Origin: an uncultured Acidobacteriota bacterium
Lineage (GTDB): Bacteria > Acidobacteriota > Terriglobia > Acidiferrales > UBA7541
Assembly: GCA_963847505.1 (NCBI GenBank)
Contig: CAWJZY010000002.1
Location: 2,367,137-2,431,136, forward strand
Direction of reading: 5' to 3'
Length of the DNA stretch: 64,000 bases
Shown: positions 51,317 through 60,122 of the stretch, piece after piece
Numbering within the stretch: the first letter of the stretch is position 1
Layout of the letters: each line of letters opens with the position of its first letter
Position numbers and translations under genes: made by a program
The notes under the pieces: model-generated
Seen by the model: only the letters and a program-made list of their open reading frames with translations
Told to the model about the DNA's origin: nothing
Databases searched by the model: none

Positions 51317-52666
51317 TTATTCCTTATCCGCCCACCCATACAACTTCAGCGCATTCCCGCGCAAAACCATGCGCGCAATTTCCACCGCCCGTGCGCGCGT
51401 GATCTCGCCATCATTCATCATTCCCGTCAGCGCCATGCCTAACGCGGTGCGCCCCGCCTGCGACGTTTGCCATCCGATTTCCTCCCAATCATATTCACCC
51501 GCGCCGGGATACAAGTCCGTGCCATACAACACTTTTTCCGGATACCACTCCAGCCAGTCGCGCAGAACTTCGGAAAGCCGCCGCGGCGATACCATCCACG
51601 TATTTCCGGACAAATCCACATACACATTCGGCTTCATCAGCAGAGGAGACATTTCCCGCGAGAACGCTCCCATTCCGCCGTGAAGAATGACGAACGTCGT
51701 CTTTCTCAATCGAGGATCATCAAAAACGGATTCCAGCAGCAGCGGATTCGCGCCCGCCAACTCGAAATATCCGCCGCATCCGCCTCCTGTGTGAATGTGT
51801 ACCGGCAGCCCAAGTCGCCCCGCTTCGGTGGCAATGTACCGGAACAAATAATTCTGCAGGCGCAGGTATTCGGATTTGGAGGGCTCTCCGCCGCGCGCGT
51901 ATTTCGCATAGACCGTCGCCGCATCCCGCTCCTCAAGCGCCGCCGGCTCCTTCTGATCCTCCGGCTCGAAATCGAGCGACCGCAGATACGCCGCTTCAAA
52001 CTTGATGGCCACCGCTCCCATTTGTTTCTGCAGTTCCAGCTCCGGAGTCACAACGCGCTGCACATATTCCTGAAGTGTGCCGGGGAGCGATGCGATGCCC
52101 ACCTCTTTCAAATAGCGATGCAGCAACTGCGTCTCCGCGCCATAGAAAATCTTGCGGTCAGGAGTTTCTGCCGCCAGCTCGCCTCCATTCAGCGGCAACA
52201 TAAGCGCGTCATCGAACGCCACCCAGCGGAATCGCGGAGGTTCCAACCCGCGCCCCATGGCGACGCGATTTGCCAGTTCCGTTTCGATGCCCAGTTTGTC
52301 CAGCACCCACGCCGGATAGTGGTCTCCTTGCTCCCGCCGGATTCGTTCTTTGGTCTCCAGCAATTCGCGGATGTGCGCAGGCGTCTTGTCATCGTACGGA
52401 TATCCCCACAAAGCTTTCCACGCCGCAAGATAGACAGGATTTTCCGGCCGCGTCATCGTATTCGGAGCGGTAGGCTCCAATGGATCGCACGGCAGCGCGT
52501 CAAATTCATCATCCCGCTCGCCCGGCGCCACCAACTTCGGCGGATGAGAATGATTATCAATCGCCTTAATCTTTTGAATTTCCGCCATCAGCGCGGGGTC
52601 CGGATTTTGCGCACGCGCGGGAATGCTCATTACGAGCAGCGCTGAAATTGCCAGAACGTACCTCAT
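51317..52666 (-). CDS. secreted amidohydrolase-family (metal-dependent TIM-barrel hydrolase) protein
   Basis: Signal MRYVLAISALLVMSIPARAQ. IDNHSHP metal-binding start motif. LPVHIHTG, FVILHGG, DLSGN..., LYGTDL blocks typical of amidohydrolase_2-type enzymes. Confidence 0.85.
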   Translation of the reverse strand: MRYVLAISALLVMSIPARAQNPDPALMAEIQKIKAIDNHSHPPKLVAPGERDDEFDALPCDPLEPTAPNTMTRPENPVYLAAWKALWGYPYDDKTPAHIRELLETKERIRREQGDHYPAWVLDKLGIETELANRVAMGRGLEPPRFRWVAFDDALMLPLNGGELAAETPDRKIFYGAETQLLHRYLKEVGIASLPGTLQEYVQRVVTPELELQKQMGAVAIKFEAAYLRSLDFEPEDQKEPAALEERDAATVYAKYARGGEPSKSEYLRLQNYLFRYIATEAGRLGLPVHIHTGGGCGGYFELAGANPLLLESVFDDPRLRKTTFVILHGGMGAFSREMSPLLMKPNVYVDLSGNTWMVSPRRLSEVLRDWLEWYPEKVLYGTDLYPGAGEYDWEEIGWQTSQAGRTALGMALTGMMNDGEITRARAVEIARMVLRGNALKLYGWADKE

Positions 52667-52694
52667 AGAATTTACCTCGTACTTAGGTTTGTGG

Positions 52695-52752
52695 GTCGCG
52701 GCTTCAGCCGCGACATTACGCCGTTTGCTTCAGGGGTTTCAACCCCTGAAGC
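52695..52752. repeat. two adjacent perfect hairpins in a divergent intergenic region (REP-like)
   Basis: GTCGCGGC-TTCA-GCCGCGAC (52695-52714) and GCTTCAGGGG-TTTCAA-CCCCTGAAGC (52727-52752). Confidence 0.5.
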
Positions 52753-52771
52753 ATGCCCGTGGAAATTCGCA

Positions 52772-52799
52772 TTGACAATCTACTCTTGCCATATAAAAT
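52772..52799 (+). promoter_or_regulatory. candidate promoter TTGACA-N16-TAAAAT for the DUF4440-like gene
   Basis: Perfect -35 and a near-consensus -10, about 58 nt upstream of the ATG at 52858 (which has AGGAGAG as RBS). Confidence 0.4.
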
Positions 52800-52857
52800 C
52801 GCGCACAGATTCACAGGCCCCGCATCCGAATTCCATGAAATCCAATAGGAGAGATAA

Positions 52858-53322
52858 ATGAAGAAAATTGTCGGAACAATTTTATTGGTTTGTGCCGGCG
52901 CCGTGCTGGTCTTCGCCCAAACACAAGCGCCGCCCGCCGCAATGAAGGCCCAAGCTCCAAGCGTGTCGAGTTCAATCAAGCAACTCGAACTCGATTGGGA
53001 GAACGCGATGAAGGCCGGTGACGTTGACAAAGTCAGTCAAGTTTTGGCCGACGATTGGATCGGTATCGGACAGGAAGGCAAGGAAACCAAACAATCATTT
53101 CTTGCTGACATCAAATCCGGCGCCAGCAAAATCGAATCCTTCGAGATGGGCCCCATGGACGTAAAGGTGATCGGAAGCGTCGCCATCTGCCAAGGCAGCG
53201 ACACCGAAAAGAGCACCACGAAGGGCAAAGACAGCAGCGGGAAATGGGTTTGGATGGATGTTTTCGCGAAGCGCGGTGACAAATGGGTGGCCGTGCGCTC
53301 CGAAACCACTATGATGAAATAA
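52858..53322 (+). CDS. secreted SnoaL/NTF2-like (DUF4440-type) protein
   Basis: Signal ...AVLVFAQ. The pattern LELDWENAMKAGDVDKVSQVLADDWIGIG..G...K..FLADIKSG...ESFE..P.DVKV.G..A...G is typical of DUF4440 proteins. Confidence 0.78.
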   Translation: MKKIVGTILLVCAGAVLVFAQTQAPPAAMKAQAPSVSSSIKQLELDWENAMKAGDVDKVSQVLADDWIGIGQEGKETKQSFLADIKSGASKIESFEMGPMDVKVIGSVAICQGSDTEKSTTKGKDSSGKWVWMDVFAKRGDKWVAVRSETTMMK

Positions 53323-53366
53323 AATCCTGCTGCTGATTTCCGAAGAGTTTTTCAGCTCGATGTTCA

Positions 53367-53409
53367 ATGGCCGGGCGTAACCACGTCGTCCGGCCATCTT
53401 TTCTTTTTG
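53367..53409 (+). terminator. rho-independent terminator
   Basis: ATGGCCGG-(15-nt loop)-CCGGCCAT followed by CTTTTCTTTTT, 45 nt after the stop at 53322. Confidence 0.6.
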
Positions 53410-53435
53410 ACCGTTACTTCTATTATTTAATGGCT

Positions 53436-53460
53436 GTCATCCTGAGCGAAGCGAAGGATC
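53436..53460. repeat. single copy of the motif GTCATCCTGAGCGAAGCGAAGGATC (would encode VILSEAKDL)
   Basis: I recall this motif as a dispersed intergenic repeat in acidobacterial and other soil-bacterial genomes. There is only one copy in this window, so it cannot be confirmed here. Confidence 0.3.
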
Positions 53461-53677
53461 TGTGGCTGCCCACGCCAACTATCACTCGTTTGGACCAACT
53501 TCCCAATTCCGAGTGGACGCCAATTCTCCTCAGCAACAAGGTACCGACCGCGTACTCGCTTCACCGGCTCTCTACATTCCGAATGAAATGCCCGGCTTTT
53601 GCCGTAGAATGTTTTACAGCGATGAGTGGAGCCACAAAGCCGCAAGCCCACAGGAGACCATCCTGATCGTCAAGTCC

Positions 53678-54817
53678 ATGCGTAAGTGGATCGTCGGAGC
53701 GCTCATCCTGGCGCTGGCAGCGGGCCTCTATTGGAGGCTGCGCCCGAAACCGCGCGCCATCGGCGATGCTTACGTCGGTGAGCCCATCACCACGCTCTGG
53801 AGCACAACCGCGCAGGTGCGCCAAAGCGTCGCCGCCATGCACTGGGGCGACCAGGTTGAAATCCTGGCGCGGGGAGCCACTCAGACGCACGTGCGCACTC
53901 TGGCAGGCGTTGTTGGCTGGGTTGATAGCCGCGCCTTACTGGACGAGGCTCTGTGGCAGCGCGAAACCCGTCTCCTGTCTCAAGTCCGCTCCATGCCCCT
54001 CCAGGCCTCGGGCCGGACCAAAGTTTTCACCAATCTTCGTGCTGACCCAGGTCGCGACGCCCCGCGCATTTATCAACTGCCCGGCGGCGTTCACGTGTCC
54101 GTGCTGGCCCGAGCGGTGGCCGACGCGCCTGCTGCCCCCGCGCAAGCGTCTTCCGCCCCTCCAGGCAGCCCGGACGAGGCTCCCAAGCGCGAAGACTGGC
54201 TCCTCGTATCCGTCGCCTCGAACAGCGCTTCGAACACGGAGTCAACTAGCTCTCTAGCGCCCACTGGTTCCGGCGGAGACTCAGGCCAGGCGAATCAGGC
54301 CTATTTGGTCACGGGAAACGATCCGGAGCACAACCAGGCAGGAACGCCCGGCCAGGCCGTCCCACAGCTTGCGGGCTGGGTCCTAGGGCGTTTCATTGAT
54401 CTCGACCTGCCGCAGACGCTGCGCGATTACGCCACCTCGGCGGGTATGCGTCCCGTGGCGTGGTTTGTGCTCAACCACGTCAACAGTTCCTCGGGTGAAA
54501 AACCGCAATACCTGGTCGCGGGCACGCATGGCGGTGAAGGGCAGCCCTGCGACTTCACGTTGCTCCGCGTTTACACCTGGGGAGTCGCGAAGCAAGAGTA
54601 CGAAACCGCCTTTGTCGAAAGCGATCTCTGCGGATCATTTCCGATTCGCGTAGGCAAACAGAGCGGCACCGGAGATGCTGAATTCCGCTTCAATGGGCTT
54701 ACTGAAAAAGAACCCATGCAGGAACGCGTCTATGTAATGCGGCAGACGTCTGTTCGCCGCGTGCGTGAGGAAAAATCCGCCCCGGCGCGCAAATCCGTGC
54801 CACCCCATCCCCATTGA
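53678..54817 (+). CDS. membrane-anchored hypothetical protein, possibly with an SH3b-like segment
   Basis: ATG at 53678 gives MRKWIVGALILALAAGLYW (TM anchor). The segment GEPITTLWSTTAQVRQSVAAMHWGDQVEIL...GVVGWVDSRALL looks SH3b-like. Ala/Pro/Ser-rich linker. Confidence 0.55.
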   Translation: MRKWIVGALILALAAGLYWRLRPKPRAIGDAYVGEPITTLWSTTAQVRQSVAAMHWGDQVEILARGATQTHVRTLAGVVGWVDSRALLDEALWQRETRLLSQVRSMPLQASGRTKVFTNLRADPGRDAPRIYQLPGGVHVSVLARAVADAPAAPAQASSAPPGSPDEAPKREDWLLVSVASNSASNTESTSSLAPTGSGGDSGQANQAYLVTGNDPEHNQAGTPGQAVPQLAGWVLGRFIDLDLPQTLRDYATSAGMRPVAWFVLNHVNSSSGEKPQYLVAGTHGGEGQPCDFTLLRVYTWGVAKQEYETAFVESDLCGSFPIRVGKQSGTGDAEFRFNGLTEKEPMQERVYVMRQTSVRRVREEKSAPARKSVPPHPH

Positions 54818-54822
54818 ACTTC

Positions 54823-55809
54823 ATGCGCTCAAATGTACCGGCACTCTTGCTACTTTGCGTCGCCCTCTGGGGAGCAGGTTGCTCAAATTCCGCCGGCCGC
54901 GAGCCGCATCAAGCGAAGCCCGCGCCCCCGCCAATCGAATTCCTTGGTGCTTGGGGTGCCAAGGGACACGGCCCGGGCCTTCTGGACCAGCCGCGCAGCA
55001 TCGCCACCGACGCATTTGCCGCCGTTTATCTTGCCGATGCGGGAACTCCCGATCGCTTCATCAATAAATTCACGCGTGGCGGCCATCCGCTGCAGAGTTT
55101 TGAACCTATGGCGCAGCTTCGGAATCCCTGCGCCGCGGCGGTGGATCGCGGAGGCGCGATCTACGTGCTTGAATGCAGCGCCGGCGTTCTCTATCTATTC
55201 GTGCCTGAAGGGAATCTGCTCCGCGCCATCCGTGGCGGCTTGTCCGCTTCCGCGAAGCCCTCCAGCGTTGCCATAGATAATGACGGCCGCATCTATGTAG
55301 CGGAATCCGGGCCCAAGCGCGTGATGACTTACTCGCCGCAAGGCCGCTTCCTCGGCGCGCTCGGAGCAAGAAAGCCCACTCCAAACAATCATCTGAGCGC
55401 CGACCGTATCGCCACCGGCCCGGAAGGTGATGTCTACGTAGCAGATTCCACCCGCCACTGGATTGCGCGAATCTCCGCCGATGGTTCCGTGCAGAATAGC
55501 TGGACGTGGAATCCGTCCAGCGCGGGCAACACTACGGAAGTTCCGAACCGCGCCGGAGCTGGAAGCAATGAGACTTGCTTTCTCACCGTCACGCCAAAGT
55601 ACGTCGTTCTATTTGCGGGTCCGGCAAACGCCCCTGTCATTCACGTTTTTACGCCCGACGGCCAGGAAAGACGCGTAACGCCTCTTCAGGATTTGGACCC
55701 TTCACTGGCAAACGTTACAGTAGGCGGCGTCGCATCCACGCCCGATGGTGAATTGGAAGTGCTGGACACTGCCGCGCCGCGCGTGCTGCGCTTCCGATTG
55801 AACTTATAG
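54823..55809 (+). CDS. lipoprotein-like beta-propeller protein with NHL-type repeats
   Basis: Signal MRSNVPALLLLCVALWGAGCS. At least four repeats of the form ...P..IA.D..G.IYVA(D/E)......I...S..G (e.g. PSSVAIDNDGRIYVAESGPKRVMTYSPQG). Confidence 0.7.
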   Translation: MRSNVPALLLLCVALWGAGCSNSAGREPHQAKPAPPPIEFLGAWGAKGHGPGLLDQPRSIATDAFAAVYLADAGTPDRFINKFTRGGHPLQSFEPMAQLRNPCAAAVDRGGAIYVLECSAGVLYLFVPEGNLLRAIRGGLSASAKPSSVAIDNDGRIYVAESGPKRVMTYSPQGRFLGALGARKPTPNNHLSADRIATGPEGDVYVADSTRHWIARISADGSVQNSWTWNPSSAGNTTEVPNRAGAGSNETCFLTVTPKYVVLFAGPANAPVIHVFTPDGQERRVTPLQDLDPSLANVTVGGVASTPDGELEVLDTAAPRVLRFRLNL

Positions 55810-55820
55810 GAAAATAATCC

Positions 55821-56804
55821 ATGGCTCTTCTCATAAATGAACGAGATGTCCGCGAACTCCTCACCATGCGCGACGCGGTGGCTGCCGTCGAAGAAGTTAT
55901 GCGTCGCCAAGCAACCGGCCACGCGATTGTTCAACCGCGTCACCGGCTCGAACTTCCCGATAAAGGTTTTCTTCATTACATGGCGGGAGCCGACGTAACC
56001 GCCGGCCTCGTCGGGATGAAACTCTATACAAGCGTGCGCGGCGCCCTGAAGTTTCTGGTGCCGCTCTATCGCTCCACAACGGGTGAGCTTCTCGCCCTGG
56101 TCGAAGCTGATTATCTCGGTCTGATGCGCACTGGCGCCGCCAGCGGAGTAGCCACGCGGTACATGGCTCGCGAGGACGCACAAACCCTGGCGCTCATCGG
56201 CACAGGCTATCAGGCGCACGGTCAACTCGAAGGCGTTGCCGCCGTGCGCCATCTCACTGCGGTGCGCGTCTTCAGCCGCGATGCCGGGCGCCGCGCGCGT
56301 TTCGCCAAAGAAATGAGCGCCAAGCTCAATCTGCCCGTCGAACCGGCTGATTCCGCGGGGCAGGCCATCCGAAACGCGGATATCGTCGTCACGGCCACCA
56401 CGGCGCAGCGGACCGTCCTCGATGGCGCATGGCTCGCGCCCGGCGCTCACATCAATGCCATCGGCGCAAATTTCCCGCAGAAACGCGAGCTCGATGACGC
56501 AGCCGTAGGCCGCGCCTCGCGCATCGTTGTGGATTTTATCGAGCAGGCAAAAATGGAAGCCGGTGATCTGATTCAGTCATTTGCCAGTGACCCTGCGCGC
56601 TGGAATTCCGTGCGTGAACTCGCGCAAGTTATCACCGGCAAATTTCCGGGCCGTGAAAACGCCGACGAAATCACGCTGTTCAAATCAAGTGGAATCGCCA
56701 TCTGGGACGTAGCTGTTGCGGCTCGCGTATATGAACTGGCCGTCGCCCGCGGTCGTGGCAAGCAAATACCTCTGTGGGAAGGGAAGACAGATACTAAGGC
56801 TTAA
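55821..56804 (+). CDS. ornithine cyclodeaminase / mu-crystallin family protein
   Basis: 327 aa. LIGTGYQAHGQLEGV (NAD-binding GxGxxA/G), DIVVTATTA and the INAIGAN block typical of the OCD family. Confidence 0.9.
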   Translation: MALLINERDVRELLTMRDAVAAVEEVMRRQATGHAIVQPRHRLELPDKGFLHYMAGADVTAGLVGMKLYTSVRGALKFLVPLYRSTTGELLALVEADYLGLMRTGAASGVATRYMAREDAQTLALIGTGYQAHGQLEGVAAVRHLTAVRVFSRDAGRRARFAKEMSAKLNLPVEPADSAGQAIRNADIVVTATTAQRTVLDGAWLAPGAHINAIGANFPQKRELDDAAVGRASRIVVDFIEQAKMEAGDLIQSFASDPARWNSVRELAQVITGKFPGRENADEITLFKSSGIAIWDVAVAARVYELAVARGRGKQIPLWEGKTDTKA

Positions 56805-57042
56805 TGGGCCCGTGCTGGCTCAGCCGCTTAACCAGCGCCCCATGTAGCCGTTCGCGTACATCTTCAGGAAGCGGAACCGGATCTGTATTACAAAAAATAT
56901 CAATCGTCTGGCGCGTCGTATCCACAATAATCCGGCAGTTCTTACATTTGTTCAGATGTTGTTCGAGTTCCGCGCGCGTAGTTTCGTCCAGAGCGCCATC
57001 CAGATATTCGGTCAGCTCGTGGAGCAGTCCCTGGCAGTTCAC
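56794..57042 (-). CDS. small soluble zinc-binding anti-sigma factor (ZAS, zf-HC2)
   Basis: 82 aa. The GTG start overlaps the sigma-factor stop (GTGA). C3 plus H29-x3-C33-x2-C36 (EQHLNKCKNC). No transmembrane segment. Confidence 0.8.
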   Translation of the reverse strand: MNCQGLLHELTEYLDGALDETTRAELEQHLNKCKNCRIIVDTTRQTIDIFCNTDPVPLPEDVRERLHGALVKRLSQHGPIKP

Positions 57043-57818
57043 TTTGCAGTACTCCCTTGAAAATATGGATGCAGCAGCTCGCGCAGCTTTAGCCGCCCGC
57101 GCAGTAGGCGTGACTTTACAGCGGAAACGGTGATGCCGAGCATCTTGGCGGTTTCTTCCGTGGAAATTTCGGCAACGTCGCGCAGCACGAAGACCACGCG
57201 GTAGATTGGCTCAAGCTGCTCGATCACGCGCGAAAGAATCGAGCCCATTTCGCTTCGCTCGTATCGCTGCTCGGGCGAAGGACCCCAGTCTTCGATTTGC
57301 CGCGGGATGGGCGCGTCCTCAGTTTCGATTTTTTCGTCGAGTGAGAATTGGTTGGGCCGGCGCTTCCTGAGGCGCATCAACGATTCGTTCACCGCGATGC
57401 GCACCAGCCAGGTATAAAACCGCGACCCGCCCTCGAAGTCCCCCAAATGCTGGTAGGCCTTCATGAAGGCGTCCTGCATGGCGTCTTCTGCTTCTGCTTG
57501 GTCGTGTGTAATGTTCTGTGCGATGCGAAAAATTTTTCGCTCGTAGCGGTTGACGAGTTCCTCGAACGCGCGGTGGTCGCCCGCCTTGGCGGCCTTCACA
57601 AGCGCCGCTTCATCGTCGCGGACAATGGTAGAGGGAAGCGTTTTGCGTTCTGGAGTTGTGCTCAAGCTGAACGTCCTGCGCGCGCCGGTAAACGGCGCCG
57701 CCAAGATACCCGCCAAGCCTAGCACATCCGGTGAACAACTCGAAAAGCCCTGCATATGCGGACGGAGTCCCCTCGCTGGTTCTTTTGCTGTGGGATTGGA
57801 CGCTCCCGCCAGCCCCAA
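57039..57818 (-). CDS. ECF-type RNA polymerase sigma-70 factor (maximal ORF; probable real start near TTG 57665)
   Basis: Region 2: HRAFEELVNRYERKIFRIAQNITHDQAEAEDAMQDAFMKAY...FYTWLVRIAVNESL. Region 4: VVFVLRDVAEISTEETAKMLGITVSAVKSRLLRGR. The N-terminal ~50 codons of the ORF look non-coding. Confidence 0.85.
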   Translation of the reverse strand: MGLAGASNPTAKEPARGLRPHMQGFSSCSPDVLGLAGILAAPFTGARRTFSLSTTPERKTLPSTIVRDDEAALVKAAKAGDHRAFEELVNRYERKIFRIAQNITHDQAEAEDAMQDAFMKAYQHLGDFEGGSRFYTWLVRIAVNESLMRLRKRRPNQFSLDEKIETEDAPIPRQIEDWGPSPEQRYERSEMGSILSRVIEQLEPIYRVVFVLRDVAEISTEETAKMLGITVSAVKSRLLRGRLKLRELLHPYFQGSTAK

Positions 57819-57985
57819 GGATGCAAAATGGCGGAGATATTGCGCGCATCAGTGCATACTTGATTGCCGCGCGCTATCGCCAAAGGCCGTGGTATCTTTG
57901 ATAACCTACGGCGCGAGGGGAAGGCCCCCGCGGCACGCATCGAAAAGCGCGCACCACAATTCATGTAGATTTGAGGACGGAAGGC

Positions 57986-59455
57986 ATGGCTAGCACCCCG
58001 CAAGTACAACCCAAACCGGGAAAGCTTTTCATCGGTGGCAAGTGGGTCGACGCCGCATCGGGAAAGACGTTTGCCACGATGAATCCGGCGACCGGTGAAA
58101 CACTCACTATGCTTGCTTCGGCGGGCGAACCCGACGCTGACGCCGCGGTTGCTGCGGCACGCGCCGCATTCACTTCAGGCCCTTGGGCGGAAATGAGCGC
58201 CGCCGACCGCGGGAAAATTCTCTGGAAAATCGGCGACCTCGTGGACAAATACAACGAGGAATTGGGCACGCTCGAAACTCTCGATAATGGCAAGCCCATC
58301 TTTGAATCGCGCCAGGTGGACATGCCTATGGTGGCGGAAGTTTTCCGCTACTATGCCGGCTGGGCCACGAAAATCACCGGCGAAACCGTGCCGGTACGTG
58401 GGCCATTTCTGAATTACACTTTGCGTGAACCACTGGGAGTTGTGGCCGCCATCACTCCCTGGAATTTCCCGCTGCTCTTGGCTTCATGGAAGATTGCTCC
58501 CGCGCTCGCCGCGGGAAACACTGTGGTGTTGAAGCCGGCGCAATTAACGTCGCTTTCCGCGCTGCGCCTGGGTGAAATCTGCCAGGAAGCTGGATTGCCC
58601 GATGGCGCGCTCAATATCCTGACCGGCAGCGGCAGCACGCTCGGCCGCGCGCTCGTGGTGCATCCTGACGTGGACAAGGTCGCGTTCACCGGCTCGACGG
58701 CCATCGGCAAAGACATTGCCCGCAACGCCGTGGATTCGTTGAAGCATGTGACGCTCGAGCTTGGCGGCAAATCCCCCAACATTGTTTTCGCCGATGCCGA
58801 TCTTGAAGCCGCTGTGCGTGGCGCGACTATGGGCATTTTCTATGGCAAAGGCGAAGTCTGCGCGGCGGGTTCGCGCCTTTTCGTCGAGCGCAAAATTAAA
58901 GATGCTTTCATGGAAAAGCTGGTGGAGCGCGTGAAGAAGATGCAGCCGGGCGATCCCATGGATCCGAAGACGCGCTTTGGCTCGCTGGTCAGCGAACAAC
59001 AAATGCAGACCGTTCTGGGTTATATCGAGAAGGGAAAGTCGGAAGGCGCCAAGCTCGTCGCCGGAGGCGCCCGCTCTACATTTGGCAATGGGAAGGGCTG
59101 TTTCGTCCAGCCGACAGTCTTTGACCATGTGAACAACAATATGACCATCGCCCGCGAAGAAATTTTCGGGCCCGTGCTCGCCACCATTGCATTTGATGAT
59201 GTTGAAGAAGCTGTGCGCCAGGCCAACGATAATCCTTATGGCCTTGCCGCGGCTATCTGGACGCGTGACGTTGCCAAGGCTCATCGCGTAGCGCGGCGTT
59301 TGCAGGCTGGCACTGTGTGGGTCAATACATATAATAACTATGACCCCGCCGCCGCTTTTGGCGGCTATAAAAAGAGCGGTTATGGCCGCGAACTGGGCTC
59401 GGCGGCGCTTGAATACTACACGCAGGTGAAAAGCGTGTGGGTGAACCTCTCATAG
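57986..59455 (+). CDS. NAD(P)-dependent aldehyde dehydrogenase
   Basis: ATG at 57986 with GAGGACGGAAGG upstream. FPLLLASWKIAPALAAGNTVVLKP, catalytic-Glu region ELGGKSP, catalytic-Cys region GEVCAAGSR. Confidence 0.95.
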   Translation: MASTPQVQPKPGKLFIGGKWVDAASGKTFATMNPATGETLTMLASAGEPDADAAVAAARAAFTSGPWAEMSAADRGKILWKIGDLVDKYNEELGTLETLDNGKPIFESRQVDMPMVAEVFRYYAGWATKITGETVPVRGPFLNYTLREPLGVVAAITPWNFPLLLASWKIAPALAAGNTVVLKPAQLTSLSALRLGEICQEAGLPDGALNILTGSGSTLGRALVVHPDVDKVAFTGSTAIGKDIARNAVDSLKHVTLELGGKSPNIVFADADLEAAVRGATMGIFYGKGEVCAAGSRLFVERKIKDAFMEKLVERVKKMQPGDPMDPKTRFGSLVSEQQMQTVLGYIEKGKSEGAKLVAGGARSTFGNGKGCFVQPTVFDHVNNNMTIAREEIFGPVLATIAFDDVEEAVRQANDNPYGLAAAIWTRDVAKAHRVARRLQAGTVWVNTYNNYDPAAAFGGYKKSGYGRELGSAALEYYTQVKSVWVNLS

Positions 59456-59480
59456 AACGGGATGGCTTGGGAAAGGACCG

Positions 59481-60032
59481 ATGCGCACTCTGCCTGACTA
59501 TTTAAGACCCAGGATGCGGCTCGTGATTGTGGGCTGCAATCCGGGCGAACAATCCGCGCGCGTGGGCCACTACTACGCGGGCCGCGGCAACGCGTTCTGG
59601 AATCTGCTGTATGAATCGGGCATCGTCGGCGAGGAGCTCACACACAAAGAGGATCGCCGCCTCATCGAGTTCGGCGTCGGGCTTACCGATATCGTAAAGC
59701 GTTCCACGCGCGGCGAGGAAGAAATCAGCCGCGAGGAATTTGCCGAAGGGCGCGTGGTGCTCGCGCAGAAGCTCGAACAATTCGCGCCGCGTGTCGTGGC
59801 ATTCAACGGGAAGAATGTTTATGAAAAGTTTGCGCAACGGCCGTGCGTGCTTGGCCTGCAGCCTGAACCTATTTACGGCGCGCGCGTCTTCGTGCTGCCT
59901 TCCAGCAGCGCCAAGAATGCCGCCGCGGGCGGCGTGAAGCTGCGCTATTTCCGGCAACTGGCGCGTTTCCTGAAAGAAATGGAATCTGGAGCGGGCAGGA
60001 AATCCGGCTCGAAGACTCGTCCCGAGGATTAG
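59481..60032 (+). CDS. mug: mismatch-specific uracil-DNA glycosylase (family 2 UDG, Mug/TDG type)
   Basis: 183 aa. LVIVGCNPG...GHYYAGRGNAFW...GLTDIV...VAFNGK, the Mug-type counterparts of the GINPG and downstream motifs. Confidence 0.8.
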   Translation: MRTLPDYLRPRMRLVIVGCNPGEQSARVGHYYAGRGNAFWNLLYESGIVGEELTHKEDRRLIEFGVGLTDIVKRSTRGEEEISREEFAEGRVVLAQKLEQFAPRVVAFNGKNVYEKFAQRPCVLGLQPEPIYGARVFVLPSSSAKNAAAGGVKLRYFRQLARFLKEMESGAGRKSGSKTRPED

Positions 60033-60122
60033 CAATGCATTGCCTATCGGCCGCGCATATGGGATTTTCGCGGCAGCTCTGAACATCATGAATGCTGCGG
60101 TTTCAGGAGGCGTGAACGGACA

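Noticed and set aside
51467-52645. 392-aa plus-strand ORF antisense to the amidohydrolase gene
   Set aside because: The minus-strand frame has a signal peptide and amidohydrolase metal-binding blocks. The antisense product is extremely Arg/Gln/Ile-rich (RRRLLLILRLEIERPQIRRF...), which is not protein-like.
55686-56450. 254-aa minus-strand ORF antisense to the NHL and cyclodeaminase genes; likewise 58544-59284 antisense to the aldehyde dehydrogenase gene
   Set aside because: Both span well-supported plus-strand genes and cross a gene boundary or lack any motif. They are shadow ORFs.
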